In this document: positions 22,947-33,839 of the stretch, piece by piece
Layout: every line of letters starts with the position of its first letter
Position numbering within the stretch: the stretch's first letter is position 1
DNA from: Balanoglossus misakiensis
Taxonomy: Eukaryota > Animalia > Hemichordata
DNA: 64,000 nucleotides
NCBI GenBank assembly: GCA_040954595.2
Contig: CM082577.2
Coordinates: forward strand, 14,267,903 to 14,331,902
Direction: 5' to 3'
The notes under the pieces: model-generated
Told to the model about the DNA's origin: nothing
The model's input: only the letters and a program-made list of their open reading frames with translations
The model's database searches: none
Position numbers and translations under genes: made by a program

Positions 22947-25309
22947 TCAGATGTCGAGTTTCTTGAAAGTTCCAACGGTTCCCACCATGGTTGCAGCGTC
23001 GTCCACCTCCTTCTTTCTCAACTTGGACTCCCTAAGCCCGTATCCCGTCATCGCTTGAAGTTCGTTCTCCTTGCTCATGACGTAGTCGACCCACTTGTTG
23101 GTGATGTCGTCGAGGGCGGCGCCCTTTCCGCCATACTCCGGCGGTAGAATAGATGACGAGATTTGTTCGTGGAGTTTGGACAGGTCGTCGCTATGAACAT
23201 GCATCTAAAAATAAAACAAAATAAAGTAAAACACCACATATAATTCGAAATGACGTTTTTCAATGGTTCATTATTCTGGTTCATTATTTTGTATTTTGCT
23301 AACAGAATTTACGCGGATGACAGTTTTGACAACAAAATTGCTCTAAGCTTATTTTATCTTTTTGACTCTGGTGCAACTTTTAGCCAGTTCGTACTCCGGA
23401 AAGGTCACAGCTGCTGTATGACATTTGGGATGGGTTAATCTTCATTAAAGCGGTATAGTTTGATCCTTCGTTGCCACTCTTACCCATGGCTTGTTTCGAG
23501 TTGTATAGCTTCTTCCTTGTATTCTTGATCAAGCGCATTGAGATTAGCTGAAAGCCAAATTATTTCTAAACAGTGTGCAACACACCAGACCAGGCAGACG
23601 GTTGCGACCACGAGCGTGATTTTTAAAAAAAATAGCCAGCCAAATTCTAAAGTTCATGTGTCACATATACTGCTGAGTACATTTATTTACATGGCCAGTT
23701 GCAAAGACAAAGGGTTACCAAACAATGAAAAAAAATCATCTGATTCCTGTGTTGCTGACATCATGAATTCCAAATAACGCTTACCCTTTTCTTCATTTTT
23801 TCCTTCAGGAAAGGTTTGATGATGGCGTACATTGCATCGAAAAACCCGGACTCGTTCACAATATTGAAACTCTTCAAACGAAACGGTTCACAATCCTACA
23901 CGTTCATAAAATATAATATAATTTTAATTTAATCGCAGGTTTTGGTAGTGCAAACGTCACACATATTCTTTAAAACTACCCTTGTGTCAACTTTTTGACA
24001 AAAATCACATCACTACCAAAATTGATGCAAAGGAAAATTCCATTTGCGTATGCAAGTTGCCCATACAATCTGATTAAAATCAGATGTAGAGTTAGGCGCC
24101 ATGTTTATTTTTGCTAATTTTTGGCTGTTCTGTTCGGAAGGGGCCCACATAACAGCCAAGGCAGAGAACAGAACAGCCCAAATTTTCACCAGTGCTTAAC
24201 TTTACATTTGATTTTGATTTTAATCAGATTGGTTAGCTTCACTGACAAAAACAACGGAAGGAGTGAGTCTGTGAGAAAACGCGCATGCGTGTATGTGCGC
24301 CATACCTCGTTCATGAGAGGCGCCACCCTCATGGCAATACGTGGTCCAAACTGTATCATGTGCTGCATTGTAAACCCTTCCAAATCCATGATGGCTGCCA
24401 TGCCGTTGATCTGCGTTGCCTCGTCTCGAATCAAGAGCAGGTTGGCGAGAACGCCTGGTTTGAACGTGTCATACGCGCTGAATCTGTTCACGTCCCATTT
24501 ACCTGGAGCGGTAAAAAAACAAAGAGTCCATCCAGAACTTCTTTCGGGGGGGGGGGGGGGGCAGAAAGCGTTATGTGTTCAGAAAATGTTTTTGAGCGAA
24601 AAACGAGTTTGTTTGATTCTCGCAACGTGTCGAAATTGTACCTTTTTCAGATTGAAGCGTGCTGACACCTGACTCAAATGCGGTAACGTAATTGCTGTCA
24701 ATATAATGTTTTGTGGTACAATATTGCGATGTTGGCATTTTGTTAATTCGGATATCAAGTCGTTCGCATCCCGTAAACCCTGTTGTCATAACTGTGAGGC
24801 CAGGGCTTCCGTTTACCTCCCAACTCAGTATGCCTCTAATAATCCAATTCCCTACCCTAGGCTGAATAAATCAACGAGGTTTTGTACCAAACCCACATCA
24901 CCACATCGTACGATCTATCATGCTAGTAGAATTACTCACCCAATCGCAATACCCAAACATGTTTACCATCTTTGTCAGGTGACGACAGAAGAGTGAACAC
25001 CCCAGAACGGAGGAGATCCTCGTTGTTTTTCGGGCCGCAGTCATCAAAGATCTCCCCAAGTGTACTTCGTACTCGGCACCAATTCTCCAACAATCTCACG
25101 GCCCTGTCATAATCAAATTTGCGAGCGCGCAAAAAGGCCAGAAGGAAGGGCGCGTCGGTGGGGCACGCGAGTTCCGGACGTGCCCGTAAGGTCTCGCGCA
25201 ATTTCCTCAGACATTCCTGTCGGATTTCAGGAGTCTCGTTCAGCTCCAACATCGCCTTCTCTTGCAGTTCTTTGCTCAACGTGCACTGATACGCGACTGG
25301 GTCGGCCAT
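22947..25309 (-). CDS. CRAL-TRIO (Sec14-like) lipid-binding protein, alpha-tocopherol transfer protein/clavesin-like, 311 aa
   Basis: Exons 25309-24940, 24502-24306, 23895-23785, 23204-22947 (936 nt, all GT-AG, in frame). Motifs ELNETPE, FLLAFLRARKFDYDRA, TQINGMAAIMDLEGF, P.RLKSFNIVN, IKPFLKEKMKKR, ILPPEYGG. Confidence 0.95.
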
Positions 25310-26020
25310 TTTAGGTCAGTCCCACAAACCTGGAAGCTGTCACTACGATAACATACATGTAGTGTCTGTTGTTTGCCAAAGGTCGACCAGCGGGTCATCT
25401 CGCACCGAAGAAGAAAAATTGTACTATTTCAATTTAATTGCGATTAGATGTTTGTTCACATCACATTGAACAATATGTTCAATATTAACATTGATCTACG
25501 TCGATTCACTATCCGTAGGTGTGATTATTAGCTAAACAAGCGGAGAGACAAAAGTTCACCCCCACCGCACCTAGTGTGTGGCCTGAGGTCAACAGCTGAA
25601 AGATAACGCGTCCGTAAAGCACGCTGCACTACCTATCATTAATCTGTAATCCATTGCATGCGTGCAAGACTTATCTATGTTCCAAGTCTATCTGATTTCC
25701 ATTATTCTTTTCAAGTTATATAAACAGACACGTATAATTGTAGGCATAAATTGACTTTATTTGGCCTATATTTTTATATACGACGGACCCGTGGAAAATT
25801 GAGAACTTCTAGCCAATTTCACGCATTTTATCACGCGATATACAATTCATATAATTTCTTACTGTACCATTCATGATTTTACAACATTCCTCTCAGTGTA
25901 AATTGACGACTATTGGACTTCGGAAAATGATGCATGATAAAAATTGATCTCATTTTGAAAATTAAAAAAAGACTTACCTTAGATAATAAAACCTGTAACG
26001 GCCACAGAAGAGAACAGACA

Positions 26021-26156
26021 ATGAATGAGTGAATGAATGAGTGAGTGAGTGAGTGAATGAATGAATGAATGAATGAATGAATGAATGAATGAATGAATGA
26101 ATGAATGAATGAATGAATGAATGAATGAATGAATGAATGAATGAATGAATGAATGA
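26021..26156. repeat. (TGAA)n microsatellite
   Basis: Direct tetranucleotide run with a few TGAG variants. Confidence 0.97.
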
Positions 26157-27635
26157 GTCTTAAACACATGTTACATGTGATTAATTAAGTTCTTTTTGAA
26201 ACCAATTTGATCATTAATCTTTTTTTCCACAACAAGTCACAACATGGTATGTCAATTATTTAAGCACTTTCTGAAACCAAACGACAGGATTAGATCATTT
26301 AATTAAATCCTATTTACCACTACAAGTTGCAACATGGTATGTCAGCGCTACCAGTGTTTAGTTATATATTATTGTTGGTACTTGGTAATATTATTAGAAA
26401 TTGTGCAGTTTAATGGTGTGATCCATTTTAATCATATAATTCCACTAATTATTTTGTGGGTAAGGATTTAATTGGCGGATGACTGTTTACATTTCTAGTT
26501 AATGATGTGATGTATTCCACATAACGGTTAAATGGTTTGGTGCAGGGTGAGTAGCCGAGTTTGGCAGGTCAAGCGAGCCTCTGATCTTTCCAGCTTTCCT
26601 CACTTTTCAATCTTACTTGAACAGCATTATGACATTGCTTGCAACGGCTAGTCTGTTTTGCATCTACTAGCCTCCCCCCTTCCCCCCCCCCCCCCCACAC
26701 ACACCTTTTTTCCACTTCACCCAAACTGGGTATATGCATGAGTGGCGTACGTACATGTACCACCTTCCAACTTAGGCGGATTTTCGCATTTGAATTTACA
26801 CGCTCCACATCCTTCACACATACCTGTACCAGGCCCTCCATAGACATTATGTGTAGAGCATCCAAACCCCAAGTAAAGCACGTGTTAAACACATAGTGTG
26901 ACATCCAGCCTACTAAGTACAGCCGAAAATGCTTTATAGTGGAGCATAGTTCTGTATAGTTTTACGTCTGATTCTTTCAAGCGTGACATCCAATATACAC
27001 ATTTTCGCCACTAGGGGCGCCCCGCGTCCGCCATTGCCGTTTGGAAAGTTGTCGCAGGTAAGCGATTTTCTTCTCATTATACCTAGTCAGAAACCTTTTC
27101 GCATTTAAGACTATGATCAACGAACAACTATTATAACAAAGCGCCACCGTGTAAAGTTTCGATACACTAGTCGCGTTAGTTTTTTCAGAGATCTTCGCCA
27201 AAATTTGATTTACCGTGTGCATGCGGTATACTTTCCTATACTGTACACAGTAAACACTGGAACGCAGTCGTACCTCGTATTACGATTTTCTTCTCTTTAT
27301 ACCTAGTCGGAAACCTTTTCGCATTTAAGACTATGATCAACGAACAACTATTATAACAAAGCGCCACCGTGTAAAGTTTCGATACACTAGTTGCGGTAGT
27401 TTTTTCAGAGATCTTCGCCAAAATTTGATTTACAGTGTGCATGTGGTATACTTTCCTATACTGTACACAGTAAGTAAACACTGGAACGCAGTCGTTCCTC
27501 GTATTACATTTCCGTTTGTACACTCGCACGGTGCATTTCTAAATCACTTCGACAAAATTTGGAAACCATGTGAATTCCTACATGCATTGGCCGGTGTCCA
27601 TAAGTGCTCGGCGTGATCCGTTATGTGGATTTGAT

Positions 27636-27756
27636 CACAGGTGCTCGTGGACGTGTGCTGTCACAGGGGAGAGCGAATGGGAGCGAAGGAAATCGCTCCT
27701 AGCAGATCCCCCCATTCGCTCTCCCCTGTGACAGCACAAGTCCACGAGCACCTGTA
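27636..27756. mobile_element. 121-bp fold-back MITE with 8-bp TSD
   Basis: Arms ACAGGTGCTCGTGGAC...GTCCACGAGCACCTGT; GATTTGAT at 27628-35 and 27757-64. Confidence 0.8.
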
Positions 27757-27921
27757 GATTTGATAGTGAGGCAACAGTGTGTTCCTTGACGTTCTGTTAT
27801 TTACAAATTACACTACGTCGAAGAACGTAAATTTGGTACACAGTTACCCATTCCACATCACGCCTGTGATGAGTACCATATGATAGTAAGTGATGCTTTA
27901 TGTTTTTTCTTTCTTTTCCAG

Positions 27922-28420
27922 GCAAGCCATTCTGTGGATAGTGGCAGAGCAGCCAATCCCTGAACTATGCAAAAAGTCTGCAATGTGTGCCAAAAGACAT
28001 TTAAGACTTGTACTGGACTATGCAAACATTTCAGAGTACATAAAAATACCTTCCCATACTGGTGTTCTTTTTGTGGTAAAGGTTTTCATGAGAGGGTGAG
28101 GCTTGATGAACATAAATCTTCACATACAAAGAGAGGTTTTGTGCGCCGCAAGTTTGTGGATTTTCTGCTAATTTTATCTTGGTATGAAATGGCATGAAGC
28201 CAAACACGAAGATGAAATTCACCTATGTCATATTTGTGGGGGAAGAAATGTCCTTCGAAGTTGGGCATGCAATAGCATCACAGATCATTCCATATTGCCA
28301 AATTTACATGCAATAAATATGGAAAGACCTTTGGTGTTAAGAGTGTGTACAAGACTAAGTCTCACCTGCTTGTCCACTCTAATGATAGCTCTCATTTGTA
28401 CATGCAGGTACAAGTACATT
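27922..28420 (+). pseudogene. Degenerate C2H2 zinc-finger array carried inside the large TIR element
   Basis: CNVCQKTFKTCTGLCKHFRVH, PYWCSFCGKGFHERVRLDEHKSSH, HLCHICG.., KFTCNKYGKTF..KSHLLVH, spread over several frames with stops; preceded by a pyrimidine-rich acceptor (ttttccag). Confidence 0.75.
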
Positions 28421-28869
28421 TAAGATGCTCAGTTCTGTATCGGCTGCCTTGTGTTACCATGACAAAGTATTGATGGGTCTTTCATCTTTATAGGGATATT
28501 GTAAACTGGCTTTTGTAGGCTTCAGCCTAATAGCTCTGACTTGAGATTCATTCAGCATAGTAATCAATAAACACCATTTTGGACTTGTTTTTATTCATAT
28601 TTTTATTGCATAAGGATGTTTATAATCATGACACAGTAGTCATTAAAGTTTTGTGTTTATCAAAATCTGCTTTGTTCTTCTTTCATGATTGTTATGTGTT
28701 TATTATAAAGCTGCTTTCTGAAGCATAAGAAAAGTGTTTTGCCAATGGTAATGTGAAATTACATAAAAGCCCAAGAATCAGCCACTTTTGGTGATTTTTT
28801 TCAGTATTTGTTTTTATTTTGTGTGTCAATTACAAATTCTCATTTGGTTCCTGATAGCATGTTCAAATT

Positions 28870-29183
28870 AAGCAATAAAACACCCCCAGCCATGGTATAC
28901 CACGAGATTTTTACCAGTTCATGACATATACGCACGAGCGATAGGGAGTGCGTATATGGAGTTGAACTGGTCAAAATCGAGTGGTATACCAAGGCTGGGG
29001 GTGTTTTATTGCTATTATATTATGCCAGTATATTGAAACTTTGCATAAAACATTTTAAAAAGGCATTTTCTTTGACTATGATATATGACTGTGGTATATG
29101 GCTAATATATCACGGTCACGTGTCGTGTCTCGACCAATCAAATAACGTGATTTACACCATCAATATACTGGTATAATATAATA
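28870..29183. mobile_element. Double-hairpin non-autonomous element (possibly Crypton-like)
   Basis: 143-bp stem-loop 28871-29013, then a second inverted pair 29016-29036/29160-29180 enclosing a CCAATCA motif. The family call is tentative. Confidence 0.5.
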
Positions 29184-29229
29184 CCCAATATTGAACTTTG
29201 CAATTTAATGTCTATACATGTAAACTGCA

Positions 29230-32200
29230 CACTGGGCAAAATGATTGATATACGACAATATACGTAAAACTTCTAAGTTTGTACATTTGTCATATACGTT
29301 TCGTATACGTGCATTTACGTAACAAATGCAAGCTGCTAGATATGTGTACAAATACGTGAAGTATACATCATGTACACGTTCTCTTACATATACGTTCCGC
29401 AGATCTACGTATTTAGGGGACCAAGCGCCCTCAGGCGCTTGGTCCCCTTCTGTTATTGCTGGAGTTTTTCTTCTTTCTTCTTGAGTCGTTTTTTTGCGCC
29501 CGTTTTTCTCTGAAATTCCGGCAGCTGCGCCTACCAAATTTTGCACGGTGGTTGGGGCCCATGAGTACTAGTGCACCTGCCCTTTGAATTTGTAATTAGT
29601 CACGTGACTTTGTGTCTGTAATCGAGCGAAATTTTCAAATTGACCTAATGTGCACGTTAATGGGGGCATGTACATTCTTTTCGCGATTTTTGTAGACCAT
29701 GTGGCCAAAATCGCCTGTGCCAAATTTCAAGGTCCTAGGCCAAGTCGATTTTGAGAAGAAGATTTTTGTAATATTTTTCGCATTTTTTGGTGGGCTGAGG
29801 ACGAACACTTGGGTATCGGACTTTCACTGTCATTACGTAATCCTGCGGAGGTCTCATTAGCAGGGTACACACTTCGTTGGAAAATCGGCTGAAATACGTA
29901 AACAGACCAGTGATTATTTTCCACGGAATGAATTTTGGGACAACACATTATCAGAGTTCAGTCTGTGTTAGGGCGTTTTATTGAAGTACGCTGAGTTTGT
30001 TAGCTGTTGCCGTTCAAATGTTTCTATCCAGACCCGGCTACACTGGTTAACATTGCGGCAGTGGACTTTGACCCTCAGTCGCTAATGGGCGAGTCAGGTT
30101 TCATTAGCATGGTAGTCACATGTAGTGGATAGTAGTTCGGGAAATTGGCCGAAATACGTAAGCAGACCAGTGATTTTCTTGCACGAAGGGAGTATGGTAC
30201 CAGCAATAATCAGAGATCAGGCTTCGTTGCCGTTCAAAAGTTCCTACTTCAGTCAAGACGTTGCAACTGGATGTTCAGTATGGGGGTCGGCTCGCAGGTG
30301 GCCGTGGGGGTTATCAGGTCGCCCGTAATGGCACGTAGGTTCATGCAGCTGTATGGGACCAAAATAATACGCCCGTTTCGGGGGTCACCTGCGTAACTCA
30401 ATTATGTGCATGCGTAATTGTGGGGTCAATGAAAGGGATGCTAGCGTGATTTTTGTTGCACATGGATCAATATGAAGTCCGATTTTCCTGTCAAGTTGTG
30501 GGCGACCTTATGTGACATTTCACCTGCTTTTGCTTAGTGAATAAAAGCAGATGCATGCAGGTTTGGAGTGGGGGGATATACGGATAGGACCATAATGGTA
30601 TACCAAAGGCGGGGTCACCTGTTGCACCTGCCAAAGTCATTGATTTTGTACATTTAATTTTACACTAACCAACAGGGCGATATGTGTGGTTTTTGTTCCA
30701 CAGGGACGAATGTGTGTCAGTTGATTTTTGCCCAAACGTATAAGGTGATTTGGATGACCTCTGTCGTACAGTGCCACATCTCAGCACGTTGTACAGGTGC
30801 AGCTTTGGTATTTGGAGGGATGAAATTATCATGAAATGCCAAATACAAGGGGATACCTGTGACACCTGCTTGATTCATGTATTACATGTATACCTAATGG
30901 TAGGCAAAGTGGAAGGGCTGCAGATGCATGATTTGTTGCACATGACATAAACAGGAATGACAATTTATTGTCAAATTTTTGGGTGACGTCAGGTGTCCAT
31001 TGACCTGCTTTCCATATGTTAGCATGCACATCATATATAGCCAGGTGTTTGGAGGGGTAGGGTAGGACCCTCTGTGTCATGAAATGCTAAATTCCTGGGG
31101 CCACCTGTAACTTACTTGCGTAACTCATTATTATGGCCATATCTAATTTGACAAACCCAAAGGGCGGGGATTTTCCGTTGTCTTGAATATGAACCAAAAG
31201 AGAATCCTAATTTTTGTCCCAATTTTGGGTACCTCAGCTGACCTTTGATGTACTTACTGAAGTACTTACAACGTAGAAGTTCACCTTTGGTTGTTGTGTT
31301 TGTACTTGTAGGACATGCATTTCGGGTGGTTGCCTACTTCCCAATATCTCAACATCGAGAGCAAATACAGCCTACGCATTTGAATTGTACAACACTGAAT
31401 GGAGTCTAATGGTTATTCACACTATGCTTGGGCCCCTTCAACGCTGCTTGCAGCTTTAATTGTAGTTATTTTCTACCGAATAGTGTGCCTACAGTATACA
31501 TCCATGTATATGTACGTATATTCATGCTAATTATTAGGATTATTTGGACCACCCGTTTTTAAAAGCAAATGCTTTCAAAAGTTTGATGAAAGATCTGGGT
31601 AGCACTTCTGCGGCCACTTTATGTCGCAAAACGCTGGTTGTTTTACGACGTTTTACGACGTCCACCTCCGGTACATAGAAACACCAGCACCGCTGGCAGT
31701 CACTGTACGCCGGCAACCGTGTGCATAAGTTTGTTTCAACACCAGACAAAGCGAAAGAAGAGTTGTCACAGAAACTTGATAGTCTGGACGCAGAACAGAA
31801 GTCTTTGAGGAAAAATCGATATGAGGCGGTGATAATCTATGCACCAACAAAGGAAGACCGGATCGTATGATTTTTGTAAGTTTAAACATACATCGTGTTT
31901 TGGTCTTGTCCATATCCACCCCACCCAGGTGTCTGCGTTTTGACACTATTTCTACTCGTTGTTAGTCCGAGTCCTTTTTATTTCTGCCGTTTGCATTAGT
32001 GCATCAAGCATGTCTATGTAGAACTAGAAACAGGTTTTGATTGACAATTTGACATTTCCACCAAGCATTTGTATTGTTATCTCAAATGTCCCTTGTTTTA
32101 CTTTGCAGCGGCAGGTAAAGCACTCAGCTTTATGTAACCATAGAAGATTCATCTGATACAACCAACGAGTAAGTATATCTCTTTTATTCTTAGACTTTTC

Positions 32201-33839
32201 ATTCAATTTGGTGTAGTATGATTTATAACATTGAGCATAACCCGAAGAGAAAAAAGACGCGGAACATCGGCCAAGATCAAAGGCCTTGAGGATTAGCTAG
32301 AACAAAAGATAAACAAATTGGGTTGATTTCCATGTGTGCGCTTCAGCTTGGTGTTTCATGGTTGACGACAAACAAAAGATGCATATAAGCGCGGGATTGC
32401 TGGATTGCCAGAATAGCTGACGTTCAGATATTTTAGCAGCTACTGAGCTTTGATACTTGGTAGCTCTAACCACACCATGCTCTTACGCGTGATAGTGAGA
32501 AACTATTCAGTCATAACTATTTGACCTCGGTTGCGATAACAGCACACTGAATCTGTATGCTTTTTGTACCTTGTCAACATGACAGATAACAAAGTATACA
32601 TTTGGAAGGTGTGAAGACATTTCCCAAGGCCCGATTTGTTGAATGCAAATGAGACATTTTCACCCATAAACTAAAAACAATGGGGGACGTTTATTATAAA
32701 CTTAAACAGTGCACTGTCATGTTGGCGACAAAGGTAAAAACAGAACGGACTGACTTGTCGCTGTGTTCCAGGTGAAGGTGTTTACAGCCCACTCTATATA
32801 AACTGCCAGTGGTTCAGACTTCCCAAAAGTTGTAGCTCATAGGCACTGCAGTCAAAGATAAGTGCTTAAGATGACCAAACTAAATACTCTTTTTCTTTTC
32901 TTTTTGACAGCTTCTACAGAGTCATGGCAAGATGGTGGATTTTGAAGACAAATCTTAATAGGATAACATGGTGCAAGCAGGCGATCTGATGATGTCAGAT
33001 TAAGCAAATTTTTCATGGTATTTTGGAGTTACTGAATGAAGCTAGACTTTGAGGATTATTTTTCAGATTTTAGGTTTGCATTTAAAAACAAAACACTTTG
33101 TTCTTTGTCCATGTAATGTCTTTAATCATTTTATATGTTTTAAATAAAATTACCTTTTAAGTGAATTTTATTATGTGAGCAGTTTTTTGTTGATGCATGA
33201 TGGGAGGAAGTGTATCGGCTTGAAATATGCTTTTACCGATTTGTTGCTATTGATCTGCTTTGAAATGCAGTTGCATCTCAAAGCAGATTAATAGTAACAA
33301 ATTTACAGCAAAGGTGAATAAGAAGGAAAGGTCAAACCCTGACCATGAAGGATGACCCCAGAATTGTGACCTTTGGGGTAATTTAAATATGACCCCAAAA
33401 TTATTTTGCAAATATTTGCCAACAATGATGACATAATGTATAGTAATTTCTGGAAGGGTCTGCGTTAAATATACGTAAAAATACCAGGAACGTGAACTCA
33501 ACTAAATGTCTGTGATGATGATGTAACGTATGCTAATAACACAGTCATGCAAATAGTAAGGAAGATATGCACTGAGAATGTGTACAAATACGTTGGAATG
33601 TTTATGGTGTGCACTAGATCTGCATTGGTCTGCGTTGTGCACACCCGTGATCTTCATAGATATACGTGCACGTATACTAACACATTGGTATGTTCCATAT
33701 ACGTGAATATACGTCACATATACGTGGTGCAGATTGTAGATGTACAACTGTGCAGACTATTGTATACTTGCGCATATTCCTGATCTACGTGTCCATATAC
33801 GTGAAAATACTGAATGTATATCAACCTTTTTGCCCAGTG
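29230..33839. mobile_element. CACTA/EnSpm (CMC)-type non-autonomous element
   Basis: TIRs CACTGGGCAAAA..TTGATATAC; 3-bp TSD GCA (29227-29, 33840-42); many subterminal TATACGT-like motifs at both ends. Confidence 0.8.
29413..31461 (+). mobile_element. HINE/DINE-1-like Helentron-associated element, family A copy 1
   Basis: 5' palindrome GGGGACCAAGCGCC-CTCA-GGCGCTTGGTCCCC; 3' subTIR GCTTGGGCCCCT plus hairpin GCTGC-TT-GCAGC; T-rich target. Highly similar to 41640-43661. Confidence 0.75.

Noticed and set aside
25879-26169. ORFs with (HSFI)n repeats
   Set aside because: They are translations of the (TGAA)n microsatellite.
27007-27021. CTCF site (GCCACTAGGGGCGCC) in each large TIR
   Set aside because: It is one G short of the canonical core spacing and cannot be supported without a PWM scan or ChIP data.
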